A stretch of 64,000 nt of DNA, taken from NCBI GenBank assembly GCA_013265495.1, contig MU058337.1, forward strand, positions 3,192,686 through 3,256,685, given 5' to 3'. Position numbers and translations under genes: made by a program. This DNA is from Vicugna vicugna (Eukaryota). Positions 38,729 to 52,380 of this stretch are shown piece by piece (positions within the stretch are counted from its first letter, which is position 1; every line of letters starts with the position of its first letter). Under the pieces are notes generated by a model. It did not search any database and was not told the DNA's origin. It saw only the letters and a program-made list of their open reading frames with translations.

Positions 38729-39554
38729 AAATGGCCGTCATTCAAAAATCCACAAATGACAAATGCTGGAGAGGCTGTGGAGAAAGGGGAACCCTCCTAC
38801 ACTGCTGGTGGGAATGCAGTTTGGTGCAGCCACTATGGAAAACAGTGTGAGGATTCCTCAAAAGACTAGGAATAGACTTACCATATGACCCAGGAATCCC
38901 ACTCCTGGGCTTGTACCCAGAAGGAAATCTACTTCAGGATGACACCTGCACCCCAATGTTCATAGCAGCACTATTTACAATAGCCAAAACATGGAAACAA
39001 CCTAAATGTCCATCAACAGGTGACTGGATAAAGAAGAGGTGGTATATTTATACAATGGAATACTACTCAGCCATAAAAACCGACAACATAATGCCATTTG
39101 CAGCAACATGGATGCTCCTAGAGAATGTCATTCTAAGTGAAGTAAGCCAGAAAGAGAAAGAAAAATACCATATGAGATCGCTCATATGTGGAATCTAAAA
39201 AACAAAAACAAACAAACAAACAAAAACAAAGCATAAATACAGGACAGAAATAGACTCACAGACAGGGAATACAGACTTGTGGTTACCAGGGGGGTGGAGG
39301 GTGGGAAGGGATAGACTGGGATTTTAAAATTGCAGAATAGATAAACAAGATTACACTGTATAGCACAGGGAAATATACACAAAATGTTATGATAACTCAC
39401 AGAGAAAAAAAGGTGACAATGACTGTGTATATGTCCATGAATGACTGAAAAATTGTGCTAAACACTGGAATTTGACACAACATTGTAAAATGATTATAAA
39501 TCAATAAAAATGTTTAAAAAAAAGCTACAGTAAAAAAAAAAACAAAACAAAAAA
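38729..39554 (+). mobile_element. Young 5'-truncated L1 inserted in a minus-strand MIR, with 15-bp TSD
   Basis: Uninterrupted ORF2 C-terminus (...DTCTPMFIAALFTIAKTWKQPKCP...YYSAIK...SLICGI*), AATAAA at 39503 and an A-tail. Exact TSD acaagataactttct at 38673-38687 and 39555-39569. MIR sequence resumes as 'ttattgtccattttgcagatga'. Confidence 0.95.
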
Positions 39555-40879
39555 ACAAGATAACTTTCTTTATTGTCCATTTTGCAGATGATGAAAAACT
39601 AATGAGTAGTAGATCCAGGTACTGTGATACTGAAACTCATGTTCTTAGAGATAAGATGCTCTTTTACCACTTAGCAATCAAAGAATATAGAGAGAGATAT
39701 TCAACCTTGAGAGCAGTGAGGGTGGTGGGCTCCAGGGTTTAATGGTAATCAAAAAATTCTTGCTACTGATATCAGTAAAGCATGTTGCAGTATATCTGTA
39801 TCTGACCCTAAAAACACAAGGATATTATTGTGACTTTGGTCATAAAAAGGAAGTTTCCTTACTAATGCATGAAATGACAATAACAATCTTTAATATCTAA
39901 GAATTCTTTAGTTTGAAATTTAACTATAAGATATGCAGAAGGTGCTCTAGATAGAATTTTTATGCCTTATGAGCAAAATACAAAATAACATGTGTTTCAC
40001 AAATGTATGTTTTGTGCCAGAATAGATTCCCAAATGGTTTTATGGTTTAGGATCACAAAAGCTTGGAGGGACAGGGAATGGATTAATAGCATCATTGCTG
40101 CATAATGGCAACATAACTTTTATCCTAATGACAGGTGTACTAGAGCAATAACAAAACTTTTGGAAATGATGGGGCACTTATACCTTCAGTGAGCCTTGTA
40201 AGTAGTTTATACTCTATCTCTGACAATGGATACAACCCTGTGTTTCATTATGAACAAGCCGCTTTGGTAGACTCTCAGAACTTTTTTGCTTAACGGACTG
40301 CATTATCCATTTACCTATGCATTTCAAAATGACTATGGAGAAGCTTTTGTTTATAACGCAGATTTTTAAAAGAAGTATATGAACAGGACCAGATCATCTG
40401 GAAGCAAATGAGTGATGCCGTGGGCTGTTTACATTTGGTAAACTGAGATCTGACCCTACTTCCAGGGGCCAAAATACCATATCACAATCACTGGGTGTAA
40501 GAGAGTGAGGGAGTTACAGGGGTCAAATTGGGAGAAGTTTCCTAGCTAGGGGGAAATGGTGATGCTATTTATGGGGAAAAAGATGATGAGGCTGGTTGCA
40601 TGAAACTGAGATTCCATAAACTCTACCCATATTTAAAGGTAATAAATAAATACCACTAAGTAAACAGGCAAAAGTATATCTGATTCTTTTAAACCTTAGT
40701 TCTAGATAAAAGGGGGGAAATTCCCCTGAAAGTTCATAATTACAAATCACTCTTCATGTGGTTTTGATATATAAATTCATGTCACCTATGTATTTCAAAA
40801 ATCCTCAAGAAAATTATTTAATTTTTAGTGGTCTCAGATTGCTATTACCTTCAGGCATTTCAAGAAGTAAAGGCAAGCC

Positions 40880-41920
40880 TTTAAAGCAAACAAAACAAAC
40901 TTCAACCTAGACCTCAAGGACTTTTCACAGATAAAATGAGGAGACGCTGAGGTTCAGAGACACAGTATAAAATACCCGGGGCAGCTCTGTCTACGGAGTG
41001 TGTATTTACTTTTACTTTAAACTGCACACCTACCGAGAGTTGTCACTCACAACACAAAGACGTCAGATTTTGGAGTTGTCACCCACGGAATATAAAATAA
41101 GTATGTTTAAAATGTTTTTAAGAAAGCAATTATGGAAATGTGAGCAGCGTTTAAGAAATAAATCAAAAGGTTTTAAAAATAATAAGAATACCGAGATATA
41201 AATCTACAATTGAAAATTAAATCACACAATGTGAGAAATGTGGATTAAGTTTTATTTGGAAAGGCTGATGGCAAGGGCCAGTTTTCAGTCGGCAAGACAT
41301 AGATGGAGAGAGAGTCTCAAAATTATTAGAATACAGACCACAGAGAAAAGAGCGTGGAACTATGAAAGAAATGCTAAAAATGCGTACAAAACAGAAACAT
41401 TTTAATACATACATTGAATCAATTTTCCAAAGAGAAAGAACGGGAAACAAATTTTAAAAGAAGCACTATTCAAGGAAATGGCACCTGAGAGTTTTACAGC
41501 CAGAGGACAGTAAACTTGTGATCCGGGGAGCATGGAAAATGCAAGTAAAAGAAAGCCACACCTAGACATTCCACACTGGAACGAAAGAACCTCAAAGAAA
41601 AAAATTAATTAAAACCGTTCGCAGAGAAAAGACAAATCATTTGCAAAGAACCATTAAGCTGACTATCGACTAATTGACAGCGTTAATGAAAGGCAGCCTG
41701 GAAAGGGTAAGATGATCATTGTAATGTTCTACAAGAAAATAGCTGTCAACTGAGAATTCGAAATCCCAATCAAGAATGAAATTTAAAAATGTTTAACATC
41801 TGAAACCCGAAAGGGTTTATCACCAACATACCTTCACCAAAGAAAATTGACAGAGACATATTTCAGGAATGAGGCAAATGATTTTAGAATGTAAATTTGA
41901 CACAAAAAAACAGTGGTGAA
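40880..41920 (+). mobile_element. Degraded old L1 5'/ORF1 region
   Basis: Strongly A-rich, with L1M ORF1-like phrases such as 'cagattttggagttgtc...tataaaataagtatgtttaaaatg', 'ccacacctagacatt' and 'gctgtcaactgagaattc'. Confidence 0.5.
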
Positions 41921-41974
41921 GAAGTGTGATTTCACTACCTGGGTCGCTATGAATGAACTTCAGTTCTGTATAAC

Positions 41975-42626
41975 TGAGACTGGAAGGAAGCGGGCAGGGC
42001 ACAGCAATCAGAGGAATGACACAGCAATTAGCACCAAGACGGTGGAAATTTCAGTTCCCAGTAGACCTTGACGCCCAAGATGGCAAGAGATTTAACTTCC
42101 AGTAGACCTTGAGGTTCATTATATGGCCAAGGTAATATATGAGCATGGGAAAAGGCACTCCCGCAGGTGCCACGACAGTTCTGAGGCTGACCATAAAAGG
42201 TCAAAAAGTGGGCAGTGGCCCCATTCCTGGGAACCCCCACCCCTTCCCCAAAGTAGTTGGAACAATCCTCCCACTTGTTAGCATGTGAAATAATCGAGCT
42301 CATAAAAACGAACAATCCCACAGCTTGTGGTCTTTCTCTTGCCTTTTGAGATGGCCCGCGCTCTGTCTATGGACTGTGCATCTGTTTTTACTTTAAACTA
42401 CACACCCACCTTGACATCTCGGGGTCTCTCTGGCCTCCTGAGATGGCCTACACTCCATCCATGGAGTGTTCATCTCTCTGATTAAATCTGCCTTTGCTCA
42501 ACTATGGCTTGCTTTTGAATTCTTTCCTGTGCAAAGCCAAGGACCTTCACTTGGCAGGACATGTCCCAGGGACCCGACCAAGATCTGGGACATGGCTATC
42601 CTCGTGTGCCCCTCTTTCCTGTATCA
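41975..42626 (+). mobile_element. ERV1 solo LTR, MER41-like, 652 bp
   Basis: TG...CA termini and an exact 4-bp TSD taac (41971-41974 and 42627-42630). MER41-like phrases include 'ggtgccacgacagttc', 'ctctgtctatgga' and 'ttgaattctttcctgtgcaaagccaagga'. ATTAAA poly(A) signal at 42481. Confidence 0.85.
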
Positions 42627-45600
42627 TAACAATAATATGTGATTACTAGTTTGAGAGGTTGGTATAAAGCAAGCAGAACACGGGTTGGAGAGGAATACTT
42701 CAAGTTAAGTGGTAAATTTCTCAATTAAACTAGAGAAATAAACAAGAGTCTTCAAGGAACAGGAATGAGGAGTGTCCAAAGGAGCTTGGGTGTCTGAGGG
42801 ACAGGAGTAGCTCAAAGAATGTCTTTGGATTTGTATTCTGAGGAAAGAAGAAGCAATCCCTGAGGGCTGATGCTTCATAAGGAAATGCAAATTCTTGGGG
42901 AAGCAGTAGAAACACCCAAGTTGAAGTGCCTTTACTGTTGGAAGTCCATATGATCTTTTATGTACTACAAAAATGCATGGAGGTTAACAAGTGAAAGTAA
43001 CTGTCTACACAATCTTGAAGAATAAAAGTTCTTTATAACCTGGGGCAGCCGGGCCGCCTCCACTCCCTCCTCTCATTAACATATCATTCTGACTTCTTGG
43101 TTTGCCTGGTCTCATTAAAGGTAAAAGAAGCTGTAAGCCTCATGCCACAATGAAAGGTTTTATGTTCAACGTATTTATTTAAAGAAGTCAGAAGGGAGGA
43201 GATTATTATTACTCGGCTTAATCTCGCTTTGAAAGGAAAGCTCTAGCATCAGATGCTAATGTGTTCAGTTTCCTAAACAAGTCCCCTTTGAACAGTAAAA
43301 GCATTTCTTTGTCAAAGCCTTCTTCCATTTTTTTCCCTCTCTTCATCAAAGGAATAGAAAAAAAAAACAGTTGCCTTTCTTTTTAATTCATACCATATCA
43401 ATTAGTTATAAAAGCTTTTTACAGATAATTTCTATTTTCTCAGATATGTTCAAATCTGCAATAGTCATGTAATTAATTTATCTTCTGTAAATATATCTGC
43501 AATGTGTATTTATAATAGGGCAGAGGACTAAGAATAATCGAGGTGGTCATCTTATTGACACTTGAATTTTCTCCAAATTTTTGATTCAATCTTGTTTCTG
43601 GTAGCCTTTAGCCATGAGACTGTAGATTGGTTTAATTCCTTATACGTTTTGAAATCTGACCGTGAGACGCAACCTCTGTAACTTACTTTGAGGCCTTGAT
43701 CCTTGGGTCTATCAGTCAGGCCCTCAAAGGACTAAGCGCCCTTTTATTCTTGTATATGAAGCCAGCATTCTCAGCTAAATAACTCTTTCAATTCTTAAAG
43801 AGCATCACACACTGATTTTGCTGCTTTTTACCCATATCTTCACTAGAAGAGAGAATTGTTTCTTGCCCTTGTCAATATATTATTTTCTAATTCTTTGGTC
43901 TTCCAATATCTTTACATTTTCTGCCTCTTAACCACGTGCGCTCTCCAAGACATTGATCCTTAATCATCTGCTTCTCTCCACAATCTCATCCCTAGATATG
44001 CTTGTCTTATCTTAAAATCTATCCTCTCCATAATTCTGTAATACCCGAGGTGGATTACAGGACTCTTGGAAAAAGGTAAATTTTTACACTCAAATTAGTT
44101 AGCATGGACTGTTTCTTTGAACAACTGAAACAGTAGTTATGTTATAATCTATCAAGCTTGAAAATGTAATTAGGAGAATAAATAATCATATCTGATACTA
44201 TAGAATAAGGTGATAAGGTAAGATATTATACATTATTCATGCATGTGTTCTATATTTATTTACTTAAGAGTCTGACAAGCAATAAAGTCATGTAACTCCA
44301 TACTGAATCAGCCATCCAAGAATCTTTTCCTCTTGCTCCTTCTTAACTCTTGACATCAACTGAATCACTTTGGATAACGATGCTAAGTGTGAAACCCATG
44401 ATGGTAAAAAGAACTCATTGATCCCTGAATCCCATGAGCCTCATAATTCTCTCTTTCCCTGACTCCACCAAAATATCAATTCAGTGAACCTCAGAGCAGG
44501 TTCAAGAAGAATCAATTTTGGCTGGTCTTTTCCTAATTGGTGTTAAGAGTCTTGCTGTGAAAATGTTAAGACCGGCTTTTTTTGTTTTAGCTTTGTTTTG
44601 ATAATTTTCTAACTCAGAGACAATGATTATCAATGTCAATTTTTATTATCAAAACTCAAGAAAAAATATTTTGATAATTAAAATATAAATTATTTCTTGT
44701 CTTACATAAAATCTGGATAATTAAAAAAATTCTAGAATCAATATTCTTTTGGCAAGAGAACCAACCTCCACTAAAATACTTTAAAAATCTCATTTAGTTT
44801 TATAACAAATATTAATTAATAAATTCAGTAGTTTTCTTTTCTGAAATGATTAAGAGTTATCAATTCTATTTTTTATGATGTTGTCCTTGCCACTTTCATT
44901 ACTGGTGGTGTACTTTTTTTTCTCAATCACCACTATAATTATCACTGCATAATTTATAAATAATGCTTCAAAATTATATTACTAGATGCTGTTTTGTGTC
45001 ACTGACTCATTGTAAAATAGCTCCATTGTCTGAAGCATTTCTTACATAGCTGAAAATAAGGCTTTGGATTTATTTCTACATTAATTGGGCAGCCACTTCA
45101 TGAGAAGCCACACAGGTAAAATGAGCATGTACACAATGACTGAGCAGATATGAAACGATCGAGAGATTCAAGAGAGCCGACAAATGGGAAGGAAAAGTCA
45201 AGAAGAGGGTGTGTGCAATTGAATTAATCATCCATATTTCAGTGACTTTATTGAACCTTTCAGTAAATACACATGTTTTATTGAGAACAAGTTTGCTTTC
45301 TCTCTTCCGTGATCACAGCAAATCCAGCATCATATCTTTGTTCTCTTTTACCTTTTATCTTTCTACATTGGCTTTCATCTGATATTGAAATTCATATGTT
45401 GTATGAATAATACATATTATTTAATAGAGCAGATTCACTTATATATACACAGAATTTAATAACTTTTAAAACCTCTAAAAGGATAAGTTTACTTGGTTGG
45501 TTGTTTACAGTTTTTTTTAACTTCAACAGGGTAACATTTGGAATGTCGTTTCTCTGAATGAGTTATTAAAGACAAAAAGTTGAGTTGCACTTAAAAACAC

Positions 45601-46119
45601 TACTTTATCTGCTGAATTAGCCAAAATTAAAATTCGTTACATGGTTTTGTTAAAAAATGCTACGTATGTTGATTATGACTTCTGCTCGATTTTGCTGTGA
45701 ACCTAAAACTGCTTTAAAAAATCTATTAAAATATTTAAAAGTTTCATAATATAAAATTATGTGTAGATTTAGGTGGACACTGCCAAATGAAATCTATAGG
45801 TGTTGATAGATTTTAATATGTAGAAGTAAAATAATAAAAATAATTTTCAAGTTCATTAATTTTTTTGGAAACGAACTATACAATTTCATAATTATAAATA
45901 ATATGAATAAGCATTCAAACTTGATTTAAAATTTAATAGTCAAGATAGTCAATATTTAAATTCAATATTCAAATTTAATATTGATAACATTGAGAAACAG
46001 ATATGGAATTTAAGAAACCAAGGCCCAGTTGGATTCAGTGACCACTACTTTCAAACCACTGAAAAATCCACATACACACCCCAAAACCCCACCCCTACAG
46101 GCCTGCACACCCCTATACA

Positions 46120-46162
46120 CATACACACACATCACACACGCACACACACACACACACACACA
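46120..46162. repeat. Interrupted (CA)n microsatellite
   Basis: Read directly. Confidence 0.9.
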
Positions 46163-49100
46163 AAGAGCGAATTGCTGCTCATAAATGGAGAGGAGGGAAG
46201 AACAAATAATATAAATTATTTGTTTACATGTTTAAGAAAATATCACAGTGAGCAATCCAAAGGCGAAAAAATTCAAATAAAAATAAAATGCTAAAGATAT
46301 TGCTTTTAATGTCACTTGCTTTTAGTAAAAAATACATTTCTATAAGAAAGAAGTGAACTGGGAGACAATGTAAAAAGGAAGGGAGGAAGGAAGAAAGGGA
46401 GAGAGGGTAGAAGGAAGAAGGAAAGGGAAATAAAAAAGGGGAAAAAATCTCAAAACACTTACGTCTGAAATAAAACAAAACACAGCAAACAAATCAGAGC
46501 ACAGAACCTCATTTCAAGAGATGTAAGTTGCACGTAAGGAACACTAATGAATGAATCACTTAGTCAATCAATCAATCAATACTTAAATGAATGAAATAAT
46601 ATGCTCCTCTTTCCTTTGATTCACTTCTATTCCTTATTTTATTGATGGCTACACTGCAAACAACAGAAAAATGAACACCCTATTTTCTACTGTCTGTGAG
46701 CCTGTTTCATAGTACGCATGCATAAAGCACCAGCTAAGCATTTTAAATTCAGTCAGATTTTTTTTTCCCATGAGATAGAAATGATCATTCTTTTTTAGCT
46801 ACACTTTTTCTTTTCACACTTTAAAAGTACTTTTAAAATAAGTCACTGACTGGTAAATATCTTAGAGTTGGAAAAAATGAGTTTTTATTTTCTTTTACAG
46901 GCCATGCCTTCTTGGCTACATAGAGTTATATATCAATAGCTTCGTCTTTTGGGTTGGTATTCAAAAGGGTGTCTTTACATCATACCACGCAACACATTTT
47001 TTTTTAATGTCAAAGAGTTTTTCTTTGCGGTGTTTTGAGAACTACTTTGCAGTGAACTTAGAAATATACCATCTGGGAGGCAAAACAGTGGTATGTATAG
47101 CTGAAGATTTTCCTGAGTAAGGTCATGACCGTGATGCTAGAGGATTAACCAGTTAATCAGCATCATGGTACCACCTCGTTTTACACCTTAAGTGATGCCC
47201 TCCTGTCCCACAGCAGGGAGCCCTGGATTCTACAAAGGGTGCAAGAAATTCTCAGTTGTTCTGTGACCTCCTGCCATCCATTGGCCCCTCCGGAGAGGTC
47301 TGCTTCCTGCCTAGCCTCTTGAGAATGACATTTATTTTGTCATTCTGCCCTCAGCATTGCCACGGGTTGCTGTCTTCCTCAGTTCACGCACCACAGCCCC
47401 CTGCAAAATTCTTTGCTCCCCTCTCTTGCCAAGTTTTGTTGTATGAATTCCAACCATTAGTATCCTGGGCTCCTACTTCTTTGGGGAAATAAATTAATCA
47501 GATACTTCCCATTTCATGGACTCAGGAACTGAGGAATAGGCATACATGTGATCTTACTCCAGAGCTCTTGGTCTTTAGACTTAAACAACTAAGCAGCCTC
47601 AAATACCCCTCATTAATTCACTTAGTCAGTTATTCACAAACTCTTGGATTTAAGAAATAAGAAGTGGGCTCATTTTATGTGCCTAGAATTGGACTAGCTG
47701 ATGTTTATGTCTCTTTTATCTTCAGAAACCAACATATCTAATATTTTAAAGCATCCATCCTAAATCAAACAACACACACTGAATAACGTGTTTTGCACGC
47801 AATGCTGTATTAAATCAAGTGTGTTACCACGTCATTTGATATTAAAATAACCATACGTCTACCCGGTCCTGAGTACTGAAGAATGGAAGAGTTTTTTATT
47901 CTTGTAGCTCAATTGCTTATAGCACAGACAAAAATTAGGACAAAAGCCACCTTGGAACCTTTGGGATTACTCTATAACTATAAAAATAGATTCTCTAGGA
48001 TGGTTTATTAGAAAATATCAGGATAATTGCATTTCTGAGATATTATTTTTAACTGAGTGATGGAAATTTTCACATATCTCTCAGGCAAATGCTTCTAGTG
48101 AAGATCATTTGCAGCCAAGCAGTTTCCTGATGACAAAAATATTACAATATTATCATGTCATCTATTAATAAAGTACTATTTTTGCAGTTTTTGACACATT
48201 TGAGGTAGGCTATCTGTGTGCATTACTCTGGTAATCACTCATGTGTTCAGTATTTATAATCTGAACATTCATCCTAAATGGGATTCTTCACACAATCTTA
48301 CTATTCATTTTTATTTAGTTTTTTTTTTCATATTAAATGTTATAAACTGAAACTACCATAACTGGAAAATGTTACAGTGATAAGCATAAAGATATTATCA
48401 TGCTTTTCTCAGTTGAATGCACAGACATTTTAACACTATTCTTCTGAATATAGAGGCATTCTTCTCAGACTTCATACAGAGGTATGTATTTTGTTGTCAT
48501 TATTGGTGATGATGGTGGTAATGACTGTAGATAATACATATTTGGAATCAATCTCCCACTAAAGCTTTACACGCCATAGGAAACATTTTTCTGGGTTATA
48601 AACAAATATTAAAGGAACTATGTACAGTAATGTCAGGTTCTTTTTCCTTTCAATGATTGTAATAAATAATAACTAGCAAGTTCTCTGTGATTAGACACTC
48701 ATGAGTTGTTCCTGGTTTCTATTGTTTGTCCCAGGGTCCAGCTAGAAGATGAGACAATTAAATTACTACGTTTGAAAATGTGACACTACCTAAATACCAG
48801 GGATTAAAAATGAACTAAAGCCCTGGCATTGCAGTCACAAGTCCCAAGGTCATGCAAATGAGAATCTATTTTTATATTTATAAAACAACCCCAAAGGTTC
48901 CAAGAGGTGGCTTTTGTCCTAATTTTTGTCTGTGCTATGAGCAACTGAGCTACTAGAATAAAAACTCACCAAAAAAATTAGTTTAATGGCGATTGTCTAT
49001 GAATGCACAAAATTAACATTACCTGTCAAATTAGTTTTAAAAAGAAAAAGAGAATCATTCAAATCAATGCTAAGCACAAAGATAATTCAGATTCAGTTTC

Positions 49101-49272
49101 TAACTTTTCATATAACAGTTTAATGTTTCCAAAAAAATGTTTTTCTAAAGTTGTTTCTTGAAGTCCTCCTCCCATCCTGTTTTAAATATTCTGTATCTTT
49201 AAAAAATTTCAGCAAAAGATGCAGCCAGAATTTGACTGCACTATATCCTGACTGCCGTGGGAAGACATGATA

Positions 49273-49850
49273 GTCATTCATTCACTTATTCATTCAACAA
49301 AGGCTTATTAATGCCTACTATTAGCCTGCATATTTCCTGCAAAAACTCCTTCCATTGTATGTACTTTATGATCTAGTGCAGAAGCAAGAAATAGCAAAAA
49401 TAAGTATAATATATAGCATGTTAAATGATAAATACTAGCAAGGAAAAAAGATGCTTAGTGAGATTGGAAATGCCTGAGGTGGGGGGTATCCATGAGAAGC
49501 CCCTCAGAGAAAGGGAATTTTGAGTGAAGATGGGGGGACGTTAACAAACTAGCCATGCAGATACCAGCAGGAGGATCATCCTGTTGCTTGTGTGAGGGTC
49601 TGCCTGGTACGTTCCAGAAACAGACCAGAGCCCCGCGTGGTTGGGCCAAAGAGAACAAAGAAATGCATGGAAGATGTCAGGCAGTAACGAGAAGCCAGCC
49701 TCTGCAGCCTTAGAGGCATAGTAGGGATTTTGGATTTTGCTGTGAATGAGATCGAAGCCATTGCAGAGTTTGACTTGAATGTTAACAAGATCCATCCAGT
49801 TGCTGTGTTCAGAAGACTCTACAGGGAGAAAGGCCAGAAGCAGGGCTGAT
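49273..49850 (-). mobile_element. L2 LINE 3' region
   Basis: 'tcattcattcacttattcattcaacaaaggcttattaatgcctacta' tail and 'ttttggattttgctgtgaatgagatcgaagccattgcagagttt' core. Confidence 0.75.
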
Positions 49851-50719
49851 TCACATCGTTTTCCATTGGTTTCTTAAGCCAGAAAACATTGATTTTTGTT
49901 GCTTGATGATGTATGCTGAAGAACTCTACATTATATAATTGCATGACATATGCAACATTTATACTATTTTGTTAATTTCAGTTATTCCAAAAATATGTAA
50001 AATAGTATGTAAAAATCAGCCAGGCCCCTACCAGTTGGGTGAAGCCATCAAGAACAGCCAGGATGGCTGGAGTTGCCTGTGGAGATCGCCTTGCCTCACC
50101 CCAGCCCCTTCTTCCTCATCCCAGAGATCATCACTATCACAAATGTAATGTTTATGATTCTATGATTGTTCCATGCTTTGCAATTTTCCCAAGCAGATCT
50201 AAGAACAGAAGTGTGCTTCCCTTTCATCAGTTAATAGTGTGTCAGGAAAGTAAAAACCCTCCAAGTATGTCAGAGGGAAGGGAAGGCAGTGAGTTGTTAA
50301 CAAAACTGTAGAAAGATGAGGAAGTAAAAACAGACGAGAAGCTTTAACTCAGATCCCACAGAGCTTTAATGCTTTAAGGAGAAAGCCGCTGCCACGGCTA
50401 CTGTTCAGATGACTGATGTGCAAAGTCCGGAGCCTGTATCCCTGCCTGGACCATGAGAGGAGCCTGGAGATGAGCTCTCCCGGTGCTGATGCTCACAGAA
50501 ACAGGCCAGGGACAAGAGCTGCTATGAGGCTACCGATTCCTGGCTACTGCTGTGCAAGAAAGAAACACGCAAGAGAAAATGGAAAAGAGTTGGTGATGTA
50601 ATCTGGGATATACAGCTTTCAGACTTCTAGCTCCCTGCTTTACAGAGAAAAAGCACAGAAGGTTGGAATAAAATAAGCAGAAATTTGACAAATAACTGGC
50701 ACACTTCCATGTTATCTTA

Positions 50720-51420
50720 GTTTTTATAGTTTTCTTCCCCCATGTGTAAATCTCTTAAATTACCTGGAATTAATTTCTGTCTTTGGTGCAGAGAGCCAGT
50801 TTGACTTTTTTCTAAATATATCACTAATGATCCATATTGATATCACAGGTGCACTGAAGACCAGTGCCAACTATGTCATATTTCATGCATTCTCATTTGT
50901 GAAGTTCTTTTTCAGGACTCTGTTTGCTATTGAATAAATAAATATGTTTAATTATCTCTGCACCAGTGACTGTAGCTTATGGGCCTTAGATCTGGTTGGA
51001 AATTTTCCCCTATATTAATCTTTACTAGTCTTAGCTATTCTTGGCAACTCTCTCTTTCAAATACAATTTAAGATAATCAAGTTTTCTAATAAATTATGTA
51101 GAAAATTATTGATATTGCATTAAATTAATTTGGGGGAAATTACATCTTTATATTAGTGAGACTTAACCTATGAATGTGATTATCATATCCTTAATAGCTC
51201 CAAATAAAGTTTATGTCTCCACACGAGAGACTTTTATCGTTTGTTAGATTTATTCCTGAATATTTTTGTTATTGCTATTATAATTAGTCTTTTTCTTACA
51301 ATTTTTTTAAAAGTAATTTGTGACTAATACATAGGAACACAATTGATTTGTTAACATATGTATCTTATATCTAGTTACTATTTATTTTAGAGGCTAGTAG
51401 ATCCTTTGAGTATAAGAATA
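50720..51420 (-). mobile_element. Degraded old L1 (L1ME-like)
   Basis: T-rich, with 'ctggaattaatttctg', 'tcttagctattcttgg', 'gatattgcattaaattaatttgggggaaattacatcttta' and 'ttgttagatttattcct'. Confidence 0.5.
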
Positions 51421-52380
51421 TTATATATTAATTGTTATTTTCAATTTGAAACAAAATACTTCCAATTCTTTTCTATCCAATGTTTGTATTAAGTGACACA
51501 AGATTATTTGTTCAATTTTTTTCAGTTTTATTGAGATATAATTGATATCATCACTGTGAATTTCAGGTGGGCAACACCTCTATTTTTCCTTATTCAAGTG
51601 AATAAATCTGAGTATGCTAGGAAGTTCTGAAGTTTAGAAAACTTCTTTAAAGAAGCTCTGGCCGCCCGAGAATCTATAAAATCATCCTTACTTTTCTTGA
51701 GCTGAAATTAATACTTCTTGCTTATGGAAGCCCAAAGGCGAGGAATTAAATGCATGCTCTATGTTGCCACGCCCATCAGTGCATTACGAAGGCAAATTAA
51801 ATGCTTCTTAGGGGATAGTTTTATAAATTATACCTTCAATATTCACACACAAGGAAACAAGCCACCAATGGATGAGGAATAGCGATAATAAAACACAAAT
51901 TCAGATAGCCAGGTAACTCAGATTGCAAGAGTCAGATAAACACAACCACGATCTATGACAGGTTTCACGAATCATTGCTGGTATTTCCCCAGACCCTCTT
52001 TTCCACCCTTTCGGGGTGCCCAAGGCAAGGTAGGGAAGATGATCAAAAACTTACCAGGGAGAAAAGCAAAAGGAACTTTTAGGAACAGAAGAATAAAATA
52101 AAATAACTATAACTTAAAATTCAACAGATGGATTAGACAGCAGGTTAGGCACAGCTTGAGAACGAGGCAGTGATATGGAAATTACACAAAATACAGCAAA
52201 GTAGATGAAAAAATAAAAAATGAAAGAGGAATCGAAAGACCCAGGACACGGAGTAAGAGCTGGGTGCCGGGCTGAGGCAAGCTCTCTTCAGAAGAGACCG
52301 GCGTTTGCTTCAAATTCTGAACCTGAGAGAAGTTTAATCACCATGAATATCTGCAAAGGGATGTTTCCTCTTTTGACACC

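Noticed and set aside
38911..39198. 95-aa ORF with natural-looking protein sequence (also 36916-37101 on the minus strand)
   Set aside because: It is the L1 ORF2 C-terminus in 5'-truncated copies, not a host gene.
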